From contig CALXLL010000002.1 of NCBI GenBank assembly GCA_944389185.1, positions 19,004 to 83,003 on the forward strand: a DNA stretch of 64,000 bases, in the 5' to 3' direction. The position numbers and the translations under genes were made by a program. The notes under the pieces are model-generated. The model saw only the letters and a program-made list of their open reading frames with translations, was not told where the DNA came from and ran no database searches. The DNA comes from an uncultured Alphaproteobacteria bacterium (GTDB taxonomy: Bacteria; Pseudomonadota; Alphaproteobacteria; Rs-D84). Positions 46,554 through 55,400 of this stretch are shown in pieces (the first letter of the stretch is position 1; each line of letters opens with the position of its first letter).

Positions 46554-48092
46554 TTACTGAATTCTTACAACGCTGCAAGATATTCCTTGGGATTTTGTCA
46601 GTTTATCGCACAAAGTTTGTGCCGTATCAATATCTGCCATAGGACCAATACGTAGGCGATACAATCTTGCTGTTGAAGAATCTGCACCCAAATCACCGAC
46701 GCCTTGTTCGTCAACGGCAAAGAATACCATATCTTTATAAGGTGTCAGTAATCCTTGACCGTCTTCACCGCTGAACATAGCAAGTAAGCTTGCCCAGTAA
46801 TCATCCAAAGCTTTTACAGAAGTATCCGCTTTTAATTCAACCGCAACGCCGTTTTGGTTGCTTGTGATAAGCGGTATATTTGATTGTGGCAAGTATGAAC
46901 CTGCGGTTAAACGTTCTGTTGGTATCATCGATAAACCAGAGCTTGAACCACCGCCATAGTTTCCATACATCTGAACAGAATAACCCGCCGGCATATAGGT
47001 TCCGGCACCACCAGCATTAACATTATTCCCTACAAACATTGGTGTTGTTGTATAATTTGATACGCCTGAATTAATTGCCGCCATATCGGATGTATAAGCG
47101 ATATTATTTAGCGATTGACCGGATAAAATGCTTTGGGCGACATTTGCTTCTGCCAATGCCATAACACTGGCCGTATCGGCAATTAAGAACGGTTTTTCAC
47201 GTTTCTTTATGCAGACAATTCTTTGACCGCTGCGCAGCACCATATCACCCACGGCTTCCACAATAAGTAATCTGCTGTCTTCGCCGTCTGTCCTGAAGCT
47301 GACAGGTGATTCACCACCTTCAACCAACAACGATACTACAGGGCGTTGCGTCATAGAAATAACTTTGTCACCGAAATCAATATAAGTAAATATCTGATCG
47401 CGCCATACGCGTTCAGGTGCAATCACGTAATCATCAGGATTTGGAACAAATATATCCAGGTCAAACCTAAACTCTGAAGGGTCAATCTTCATAGATTTTA
47501 TCCAACCATAGTCTTCACCGTCTACACCCACGGTATTTGATGTTGATGAAGCTTTTTTAAATATCGAAGAAGCGCCACTTCCCATAGTCGTATTTCCCGA
47601 TGCATTCGGCAAAGTAGAATTACCATCCAAAGTAATATCAACCTGAGAATAAGTAATTTCACTGGAATTAGAAGGTTCACTTCTTAAATAGAATATATAT
47701 TGATTACCAGACTTACCAGTCACGATAAGGTTAGTATCAGAACCTTGATTACTGGCCAGCGGTGAAATTAACATATTATTGCTGCCTTGTGTTGCGTCAA
47801 TTTTGAAAAGGTTTTCGTTTCCTATAACTGCTTCTGCAATTTGTTCGCCGTTTGGTAAAGTTACCAAAGTAACCATACCGTTACGAAGCTTAATTGGTAA
47901 AACGCTGCCTGGTGACCAGGTTAGTTGAGCATACCCAGGTTTGACACTTCCGCTTGCCATATTTGCATTTGGATTATCCCAAGCGCTTTGCACACCATAG
48001 TTGTATCCGGCAGAATAAGCTTCTGATAACGCAAGCACGCTTAGTAAGCAAAACATGGATACATTTATTTTAATAGCCTTTGATATACTCAT
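46554..48092 (-). CDS. virB9: VirB9/TrbG-family T4SS outer-membrane core protein fused to a C-terminal SPOR domain
   Basis: ATG at 48092 with a GGAAGGA RBS; the track TTG lies at 48098. Signal peptide ..LALSEAYSA. VirB9 N-domain (..MVTLVTLPNGEQIAEAVIGNENLFKID...NMLISPL...TNLIVTGKSGNQYIFYL) and C-domain (..APERVWRDQIFTYIDFGD...RPVVSLLVEGGESPVSFRTDGE..LIVEAVGDMVLRSGQRIVCI). A G/S/N-rich linker precedes the SPOR-like end ..ARLYRLRIGPMADIDTAQTLCDKLTKSQGISCSVVRI. Confidence 0.75.
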   Translation of the reverse strand: MSISKAIKINVSMFCLLSVLALSEAYSAGYNYGVQSAWDNPNANMASGSVKPGYAQLTWSPGSVLPIKLRNGMVTLVTLPNGEQIAEAVIGNENLFKIDATQGSNNMLISPLASNQGSDTNLIVTGKSGNQYIFYLRSEPSNSSEITYSQVDITLDGNSTLPNASGNTTMGSGASSIFKKASSTSNTVGVDGEDYGWIKSMKIDPSEFRFDLDIFVPNPDDYVIAPERVWRDQIFTYIDFGDKVISMTQRPVVSLLVEGGESPVSFRTDGEDSRLLIVEAVGDMVLRSGQRIVCIKKREKPFLIADTASVMALAEANVAQSILSGQSLNNIAYTSDMAAINSGVSNYTTTPMFVGNNVNAGGAGTYMPAGYSVQMYGNYGGGSSSGLSMIPTERLTAGSYLPQSNIPLITSNQNGVAVELKADTSVKALDDYWASLLAMFSGEDGQGLLTPYKDMVFFAVDEQGVGDLGADSSTARLYRLRIGPMADIDTAQTLCDKLTKSQGISCSVVRIQ

Positions 48093-48111
48093 ACCCAATC
48101 CTTCCGTTCTT

Positions 48112-48780
48112 TTAATTCAAATAACCTGTATCAAGCGGATCACCGTTTCCTGAATCAACTTCATATTCAACCACACGAAGCCCCAGTGGGTTTTTCATAC
48201 GGTCTGACCACTTAACGTCTTTTTGGTCATCCATTGCCAACTTTACAATGATTGTATAATCTTTTTTACCTGTCTGTCCATCACTATTTGCACAAAAATA
48301 ACTAAAATTAACATAATAAGTATCGTCCGTTCTTGGGGTAATTGCACCGGGTTGAAATTCTACTGGGCAGAAAAATTCAAAATCCGGTGTATTAGTCATC
48401 AAAGCATTCCACATATTAGTTTCTGTAAAACTGCCGTAAACTTCGGGTGAAGACCAAGCATGAACAATTCCTTCGTCGTCATTATTCCATTTTTTTATCA
48501 TGACTTTTTGATTTGTGACGATTTCATTTCTTGCTTTGATGTATTCGCGGATAAAACTTCTTTTATATATTTCCAGATTTTCATCTTGCGGTGGCATATC
48601 TACAACTGTGACTTCAAGGTTATCAGCAGGTTGGGTGACTAAAAAGAAGATTTGAGGCCTTTCCAAAGGGTATATTTTATATAGCGTATAAAGCAAAACG
48701 CCAACAGCAACAACCATTGCAGCAAACACGAAAGTCAAAAGTCTTGATATTAAAGTTGGCGGTTCTATGCGGGTTTGCAC
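48112..48780 (-). CDS. virB8: VirB8-family T4SS inner-membrane protein
   Basis: Short cytoplasmic N-terminus and a single TM (LLTFVFAAMVVAVGVLLYTLY). The periplasmic domain ends in the VirB8-type NPLGLRVVEYEV motif. GTG at 48780 is preceded by AAGGGAGA; the track's TTG at 48840 would place a promoter-like element inside the CDS. Confidence 0.7.
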   Translation of the reverse strand: MQTRIEPPTLISRLLTFVFAAMVVAVGVLLYTLYKIYPLERPQIFFLVTQPADNLEVTVVDMPPQDENLEIYKRSFIREYIKARNEIVTNQKVMIKKWNNDDEGIVHAWSSPEVYGSFTETNMWNALMTNTPDFEFFCPVEFQPGAITPRTDDTYYVNFSYFCANSDGQTGKKDYTIIVKLAMDDQKDVKWSDRMKNPLGLRVVEYEVDSGNGDPLDTGYLN

Positions 48781-48806
48781 GTGCTTTTCTCCCTTCTTAC
48801 AGAAAG

Positions 48807-48836
48807 ATTGTAGAAAAAAAGTGCATATCTGTGCAA
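48807..48836 (-). promoter_or_regulatory. candidate sigma70 promoter for the virB8-9-10-like operon
   Basis: Minus strand: TTGCAC (48836-48831), N18, TACAAT (48812-48807), about 27 nt upstream of GTG 48780. Confidence 0.35.
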
Positions 48837-48898
48837 GCAAAAAGTTAATAAATTAAAATCAAAACGATAAAAATATGGTTGTATTTATTAAAAAGTTC

Positions 48899-48927
48899 TT
48901 GCGAAAAAAAATACAAAGCCTTATAAT
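48899..48927 (+). promoter_or_regulatory. near-consensus sigma70 promoter upstream of tRNA-Trp-secE-nusG
   Basis: TTGCGA, N17, TATAAT, about 90 nt upstream of the tRNA-Trp 5' end. Confidence 0.45.
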
Positions 48928-49017
48928 ATTTCCGCTTGCATTTTTGTATTGGTGTGGTATTGTATCGCAGAATGTTGTGGGCATAAGGTATAAAAAGGAC
49001 GCCGATACAAGTAAAAT

Positions 49018-49091
49018 AGGGGCATAGTTCAACGGTAGAATATCGGTCTCCAAAACCGCGGATGAGGGTTCGATTCCTTCTGCCCCTGCCA
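49018..49091 (+). tRNA. tRNA-Trp (anticodon CCA)
   Basis: AGGGGCATAGTTCAACGGTAGAATATCGGTCTCCAAAACCGCGGATGAGGGTTCGATTCCTTCTGCCCCTGCCA. Acceptor AGGGGCA/TGCCCCT, anticodon loop CTCCAAA, T-loop TTCGATT. It holds the conserved position before secE. Confidence 0.88.
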
Positions 49092-49127
49092 GAAACATGG
49101 CGAAAGTATAGAAGATTGGAAGTTTTT

Positions 49128-49307
49128 ATGAAAAAATTGCTAGATTTTATAAAATCAGTGCGAAGTGAATGGTTTAAAATTGTATGGCCGTCAAGGGATG
49201 CGGTTATTCGTGCTACGATTTTAATTTTGGTTTTTTCGGCGTTGGCGGCATTGTTCTTTTTTGTTGTGGACAGTGCTTTAAATGCGTTGGTAGGGTGGAT
49301 TTTCTAA
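49128..49307 (+). CDS. secE: preprotein translocase subunit SecE
   Basis: The 59-aa product MKKLLDFIKSVRSEWFKIVWPSRDAV.. plus a single TM is the canonical short SecE. tRNA-Trp-secE-nusG synteny. Confidence 0.9.
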   Translation: MKKLLDFIKSVRSEWFKIVWPSRDAVIRATILILVFSALAALFFFVVDSALNALVGWIF

Positions 49308-49328
49308 CAACTGGCAAAGGAAGTCGAT

Positions 49329-49862
49329 ATGGAAGATAAAATGCAATGGTTCGTTGTCAATGTTCATACTGGATGCGAAGATAAAGTTGCTCGTAATTTA
49401 CGTGAACAGATTGATAAAAGACGTTTGAATGCTTTTTTTGGAGAGATTCTTGTTCCAACGCGTGAAGTGACGGAAATAAAGGCCGGTAAGCGCGTTAAAA
49501 GCGAAAGAAAGTTTTTTCCTGGTTATATAGTTGTTCAGATGGTTATGAATAATGAGACTTTCTCTTTGGTAAAGTTGATGCCGCAAGTTGTTATGTTTTT
49601 GGGGGCCAAGAACAAACCTATTGCAGTTAGTGAAGAAGAAGCTCGTCGCTTATTAAAGCAGGTAGAAGAAGGTGCAGTTGCGGCAGATGATATTGAATAC
49701 GAAGTCGGGCAAGAAGTTCATGTGATAGACGGTCCTTTTGCTGGTTTTAATGGTGTTGTTGCAGAAGTTGATAATTTAAAGCAAAAGATGACTGTTACGA
49801 TATTGGTATTTGGTCGTGAAACAAGTGTAGAATTGGATTTTGCTCAGGTGGAAAGAGTGTAA
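49329..49862 (+). CDS. nusG: transcription termination/antitermination factor NusG
   Basis: NGN domain (WFVVNVHTGCEDKV..) and KOW motif (IDGPFAGFNGVVAEV). Confidence 0.95.
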   Translation: MEDKMQWFVVNVHTGCEDKVARNLREQIDKRRLNAFFGEILVPTREVTEIKAGKRVKSERKFFPGYIVVQMVMNNETFSLVKLMPQVVMFLGAKNKPIAVSEEEARRLLKQVEEGAVAADDIEYEVGQEVHVIDGPFAGFNGVVAEVDNLKQKMTVTILVFGRETSVELDFAQVERV

Positions 49863-49866
49863 TATT

Positions 49867-50013
49867 ATGAATGGTAATGAAAAGTCATCTAATAAAGTAA
49901 GCGGGGCTACGTTGTGGGCTCGTTTGGCTTTGGCGTATTTTAAGAAGCAGAATGATGATTTATCAAAAGCGATAGCAAAAAAGTTAACTGAAAGGTGCGA
50001 TAATCAGCGCTAA
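49867..50013 (+). CDS. possible small ORF (48 aa) inserted between nusG and rplK; hypothetical
   Basis: Manual translation gives MNGNEKSSNKVSGATLWARLALAYFKKQNDDLSKAIAKKLTERCDNQR. It starts 5 nt after the nusG stop with no clear RBS. Confidence 0.25.
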   Translation: MNGNEKSSNKVSGATLWARLALAYFKKQNDDLSKAIAKKLTERCDNQR

Positions 50014-50106
50014 GTAGGTTTTTTGGCGGTTTTATTAAAAATCGTCGCAGTTGTGGTAGATACGCCATATCGAACCACAATCACAACAAAAAAATGGAGT
50101 GAATAA

Positions 50107-50541
50107 ATGGCAGCAAAAAAAGAAATAAAAGGGATTGTAAAATTAGTCGTCCCTGCTAAGCAAGCTAATCCTGCGCCACCAATTGGTCCTGCGTTGGGTG
50201 CAGCTGGTGTTAATATTGCAGAGTTCTGCAAACAGTTTAATGATAAAACAGCAGATAAAGAACCAGGAATGCCAATTCCTTGTATTATTACTGTTTATAC
50301 AGACCGCAGCTTTGAATTTATTATGAAGTTGCCACCTGTATCGTATTATATTAAGAAGGCTTTGAAGTTGAAAATCGGCTCTCATAAGCCAGGTCGCGAT
50401 TTTGTCGGGACAATTTCAAAAGCTCAGCTGAAAGAAATTGCTGAAAACAAAATGCCTGATTTAAATTGCTCTACCATTGAATCTGCTATGAATATTGTTG
50501 CAGGTCAATGCCGTTCTATGGGCGTAAAGGTGGAGGAATAA
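50107..50541 (+). CDS. rplK: 50S ribosomal protein L11
   Basis: ..KLVVPAKQANPAPPIGPALGAAGVNI.. is canonical L11. Confidence 0.97.
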   Translation: MAAKKEIKGIVKLVVPAKQANPAPPIGPALGAAGVNIAEFCKQFNDKTADKEPGMPIPCIITVYTDRSFEFIMKLPPVSYYIKKALKLKIGSHKPGRDFVGTISKAQLKEIAENKMPDLNCSTIESAMNIVAGQCRSMGVKVEE

Positions 50542-50544
50542 GTC

Positions 50545-51219
50545 ATGAAATTAACAAAAAGACAAAAGACTTGGGCTAATTTAGATACAGAAAAAGTCTA
50601 TACTTTAAACGATGCTATTGAAGCGTTGCGTAGTTATTGTTCTAAGAAATTTGATGAAACCTTAGAAATAGCTATTCGCCTGGGCGTTGATGTTGCAAAA
50701 GCAGACCAGAATATTCGTGGTATGTTGGCTTTGCCAAACGGGACCGGTAAATCTGTAAGAGTTGCCGTTTTTACTGTAAACAGTCAAGACGAAGCAAAGA
50801 AAGCAGGTGCGGACGTTGTTGGTGGTGAAGACTTAATAGAAAAAGTTGCAGCAGGTGAAATTAATTTTGACCGTGTTATTGCGACACCTGACATGATGCC
50901 AAAGATGTCAAAAGTTGCCCGTGTATTGGGACCAAAAGGTTTGATGCCGAACCCAAAGTTGGGGACTGTAACAAACAACGTTGCTGAAGCAGTTGCTACT
51001 GCAAAAGCAGGTCAGATAGAATACCGTGCGGAAAAGAACGGTATAGTTCATGCGGGTATTGGTAAGATGTCTTTTTCTACTGATAAATTGGTTGAAAACG
51101 CAAATGCGTTGATAGAGCAGTTGAAAAAAGTAAGACCTGCATCTGTAAAAGGTCAGTATATATTAAGTTGCTCTGTTGCAACTACGCAAGGACCTGGTTT
51201 AAAGGTTGAAGTAAAATAA
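50545..51219 (+). CDS. rplA: 50S ribosomal protein L1
   Basis: ..FDETLEIAIRLGVD.., ..GTGKSVRVAVF.. and ..LGPKGLMPNPK.. motifs. Confidence 0.97.
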   Translation: MKLTKRQKTWANLDTEKVYTLNDAIEALRSYCSKKFDETLEIAIRLGVDVAKADQNIRGMLALPNGTGKSVRVAVFTVNSQDEAKKAGADVVGGEDLIEKVAAGEINFDRVIATPDMMPKMSKVARVLGPKGLMPNPKLGTVTNNVAEAVATAKAGQIEYRAEKNGIVHAGIGKMSFSTDKLVENANALIEQLKKVRPASVKGQYILSCSVATTQGPGLKVEVK

Positions 51220-51221
51220 TA

Positions 51222-51425
51222 AAGTGATCTTATCGATTATTCGGTAAGGTCACAAAAAGATTTCTGTCCGAGACTGATGGTGCATAAAAAGCTTAATTTC
51301 CATCATAGACAAAGAAAAGATTCTTTGGGGCAGGAACGAAGGCCCCATCCCAGATTAAAATCTGGATGGAAAGTTTAACAAAACAAAGGTCCCGATATAA
51401 AGGGGCTTAAAGTAAGGGTAAAGAT
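51222..51425 (+). promoter_or_regulatory. structured rplJ 5' leader (candidate L10(L12)4 autoregulatory leader)
   Basis: A 200-nt untranslated gap with several hairpins: GTGATCTTA..TAAGGTCAC, GATGG..CCATC, GGGGC..GCCCC and CCCAGATT..AATCTGG. The position matches the known L10 leader. Confidence 0.5.
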
Positions 51426-51902
51426 ATGAGACGCGAAGAAAAATCAGATTTGATTTCAGCGTTGCAATCGTCCTTAAAAGAAGCGAACGGTGTTTTCGTT
51501 GTTGAAAACCATGGCTTGACAGTTAAAGAAATGGAAACGTTGCGTAATGAATTACGTCCACTTGTTTCTATTTTTAAAGTGGTCAAGAATCGTTTGATGA
51601 AGTTAGCGTTAAAAGACACTGACTTTGAAGCCGTATCCGATATGATGAAGCGCCCAACGGCGGTTGCAGTTGCGACCGATGGTTTGGCGGTTACCAAAGT
51701 ATTGGCTAAGTTTGCTGAAGAACATCCAAACTTAACGATTATCGGTGGTAAAATGGATGCGGGCGTTTTAGGTAAAGACGATATTGTGCAATTATCCAAG
51801 CTACCATCTTTGTTGGAAATTCGTGGAACTATCGCACGTATATTGGTAGAACCAGCGTCGCGTTTGGCACGTGTTTCAGCAGAATATGGAAAGAAAAATT
51901 AA
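51426..51902 (+). CDS. rplJ: 50S ribosomal protein L10
   Basis: 158 aa with the L10 pattern (..KEANGVFVVENHGLTVKEMETLR..); synteny. Confidence 0.95.
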   Translation: MRREEKSDLISALQSSLKEANGVFVVENHGLTVKEMETLRNELRPLVSIFKVVKNRLMKLALKDTDFEAVSDMMKRPTAVAVATDGLAVTKVLAKFAEEHPNLTIIGGKMDAGVLGKDDIVQLSKLPSLLEIRGTIARILVEPASRLARVSAEYGKKN

Positions 51903-51949
51903 AAGAAACCAGAATGGCGACATTCTGATTATTGAATAGGAGCAAAAAA

Positions 51950-52315
51950 ATGGCAGATATTCAAAAATTAGTTGAAGAATTGTCAAAATTAAGTGTTTTG
52001 GAAGCTGTTGAATTATCCAAAGCATTAGAAGAAACTTGGGGCGTAAGCGCTGCAGCTGCTGTTGCAGTTGCTGCTGGTCCTGCTGCAGCTGCTGCAGAAG
52101 AAAAGACAGAATTTGACGTTGTATTAGCAGAAGCTGGTGCAAACAAATTGGCTGTTATCAAAGCAGTTAAAGAAATGACAGGTCTTGGTTTGACAGAAGC
52201 AAAAGCTTTGGTTGAAGCAGCACCAAAGGCTGTTAAAGAAGCCGTTGCAAAAGATGAAGCTGAAAAAATGAAAGCTACATTAGAAGCAGCAGGTGCAAAG
52301 GTTGAATTGAAATAA
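51950..52315 (+). CDS. rplL: 50S ribosomal protein L7/L12
   Basis: [28 protein letters not shown].., an Ala-rich hinge and ..[24 protein letters not shown]... Confidence 0.97.
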   Translation: MADIQKLVEELSKLSVLEAVELSKALEETWGVSAAAAVAVAAGPAAAAAEEKTEFDVVLAEAGANKLAVIKAVKEMTGLGLTEAKALVEAAPKAVKEAVAKDEAEKMKATLEAAGAKVELK

Positions 52316-52380
52316 TTTAACCGAAAAGGACCGTTGGTTCTTAAAAGATGAAGTTGCGTCATTAATCGCAACAATACGTC

Positions 52381-52416
52381 GCCCGCTTAAGAAGACAAGG
52401 TTTTTCTTAGGCGGGC
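52381..52416 (+). promoter_or_regulatory. 13-bp stem-loop in the rplL-rpoB spacer (candidate attenuator/processing site)
   Basis: GCCCGCTTAAGAA (52381-52393) pairs with TTCTTAGGCGGGC (52404-52416), with one G-U. No T-run follows. Confidence 0.4.
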
Positions 52417-52482
52417 AAAAAGGCGTAAAAATAGATACGAATATTTCGTTTGCAAAACGCATAAAAAAAAGGATTAAAACCC

Positions 52483-55400
52483 ATGGCAGTTATCCAGAAA
52501 TTTAGAAAATCTTTTGGTAAAAGTTTTTTGCAAACTCCGCTTCCTGATTTAGTTGAAATTCAATATGATTCTTACAAAGATTTCTTACAGGCAGATGTAG
52601 AGCCACAAAATAGAAAAAACATTGGTTTACAGAATGTATTTACATCTATGTTTCCTATCAAAGACTACGCAGGTATCGCAGATTTGGAATTTGTAGAGTA
52701 TACATTAGACAAGCCTGTTTACGGGGTTAAAGAATGCTTGTTGCGTAATTTGACGTATTCCAGCAAGTTAAAGTTGAAGCTGAGGTTGATTTTATGGGAT
52801 GTTGCAGAAGACGGTAAAAAAACTTTGCGCGACATCAAAGAACAAGAAATATTTATGGGCGACGTGCCTTTGATGACCGAACGCGGCAGTTTTATTGCAG
52901 CAGGTGTTGAACGTGTTATTGTTTCACAGATGCATCGTGCGCAGGGCGTTGTTTTTGCTACTACAAAAGAAGCTAAAATTGCGGGCAATCCGATAACTTA
53001 TACGGCAAGAATAATACCGGAACATGGAAGCTGGATTGACTTTGAAGAAGCCAAAGGGGTTATTTACGTTCGTATAGACCGTCGTCGTAAAATACCAGCA
53101 ACGGTTTTATTACGTTGCTTGCCGGCGGAAGAAGACGAAAAGAAATGGCAAGCAGAACCAAGAAAACCGACTATTCGCGGTATGAGCGATACCGAGATTT
53201 TATCTGCTTTTTATAAACGTATACCATTAAGTTTTGATGGTAAACTATGGTGCGGTGAAACTTCTGCTTTTGATGGATTAGATAAATATCGTTTAAATTA
53301 TGATTTAATAAATCCGAAAGACAAGAAAGAGCTTGCAAACAAAGGTGACCGCTTAAACGCAAAACGTTTGGCAAAGATTCAAGCTGCTTCAAAAGAGTTT
53401 GGCATATTACCAGAAAGTTTAATCGGTGAATATTTGTTTGATCCGATTATGTCTGGTGATGAAGTTGTTTTCCAAGCCGGCACAGAAATTACAGAAGAAA
53501 TCTTGTCAGAATTGGATAAGATGGGTGTTAAGAATATATCTTTGATAGCTATTGATAACACTACTATTACCGCGCATATGCGTAATACTTTGATGGCTGA
53601 TAAGACAACAAACCGTGAAGAAGCATTAATAGAAATATATAACGTTATCAGACCGGGTGAACGTCCGACATTGGAAGCTGCAATCAACTTGTTTATGCGT
53701 CAAGGTTTTGATGCGGCTTATTATGACTTATCTGCCGTTGGTCGTTTCAAGATGAATAAACGTTTAAAAATAGATTCTGGTAAAAAACCAGAAGACGAAC
53801 GTTTGTTAACAAAGTCTGATTTCTTAGCGGTATTAAAAACTTTAACGAATATTATAGACCACAAAGATACGATAGACGATATTGATAACTTGTCAAATCG
53901 TCGCGTTCGCACTGTTGGTGAATTGTTAGAGCAGAACTTCCGCACAGGTATGTTGCGTATTGAACGTTTAGTTCGTGAAAGTTTATCTTCACCGAATATT
54001 GCTAATATGCAACCGCAAGACGTAGTTAATGTTAAACCATTAATGTCTTTGGTTTCCGAGTTCTTAGGAACGTCACAACTGTCTCAATTTATGGAAGCCT
54101 ATAATCCATTGTCAGAATTAGAGCATAAGCGCTTGATTTCTGCATTAGGGCCTGGTGGTTTGAATCGTGATCGTGCAGGTATCGACGTCCGAGACGTTCA
54201 TCCTACGCATTATGGCAGACTATGTCCAATTCACACGCCAGAAGGTGCGAATATTGGTTTGATTAATCACTTAGCGACTTATGCAAGAGTTAATCCATAT
54301 GGTTTCATTGAAACGCCTTATTATGTTGTAGAAAACAGCAAAATTACAGATAAGATGGTTTATCTGACAGCTGACGAAGAGCTTGGACATAAGATTGCAC
54401 AGGGTAACACACCTACGACATCTGACGGTCGTTTGGCAGAAGATACTGTTACAGCCCGCGTAGATGGTGAGTTTACTATGGTTCCAAAAGAAGAAGTTGA
54501 CTTAATTGACGTTGAACCGCGTCAGGTTGTGTCTATTGCTACTGGGTTGATACCTTTCGTTGAAAACGATGACGCTAACCGTGCTTTGATGGGTTCTAAC
54601 ATGCAACGTCAAGGTGTGCCTTTGCTTCGTTCGGATGCGCCTTTGGTTGGAACCGGTATTGAGCGTGAAGTTGCCCGTGATTCCAGAACAGGTAAAGTTG
54701 CAAAGCATAGCGGTATAGTAGAATCTGTTGATGCAAATCGTATAGTTGTAAAATGTATGAACAGTCGTAACGTTGTGACGGGTGTTGATATTTACAACCT
54801 TGAAAAGTTTGAGCGCAGCAACAGTGAAACTTTGATTCATCAAAAGCCGTTGGTAAAAGTAGGTGACCGCATTTCTGCAGGTGACATAATTGCTGATGGT
54901 TCTGCTATGAATTATGGCGAGCTTGCTTTGGGACGCAATGTATTAGTAGCTTTCGTTCCATGGCGCGGTTATAACTATGAAGATTCTATTGTTATATCTG
55001 AACGCATTTCTCGTGACGACGTATTTACTTCTGTGAAAATCGTTGAAAAAGAAATCAAAGTTCGTGATACTCAATTAGGGCCAGAAAGCTTGACTCGTGA
55101 TATACCGAACGTCAGCGAAGAAGCTTTGAAGAACTTGGACGAATCCGGTATTATTTATGTCGGTGCACGCGTTAAACAAGGTGATATTTTGGTTGGTCGC
55201 GTATCACCAAAATCTGAAACTTTATTAACGCCAGAAGAAGCTTTATTACGTAATATATTCGGTGAAAAAGCACTTAACGTAAAAGATTCTTCATTAAAAG
55301 TTGGTCCAAACGAAGAAGGAACTGTTATCGGTGTGAACGTTTTAACGCGTCATGGCGTAAAGAAAGACGAACGCACACAGATGATAGAGCTTCAGAAAAT

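Noticed and set aside
48859-49098. 79-aa minus-strand ORF.
   Set aside because: It runs antisense through tRNA-Trp and the promoter-like region upstream of it. It has no RBS and is spurious.
51961-52374. 137-aa minus-strand ORF, plus many other antisense ORFs inside rpoB, rpoC, gyrA, the RND pump gene, mraY and the virB10-like gene.
   Set aside because: All are embedded antisense in long, motif-verified genes. For example, the Ala-rich mirror of rplL arises from GCN/NGC symmetry. None has independent support.
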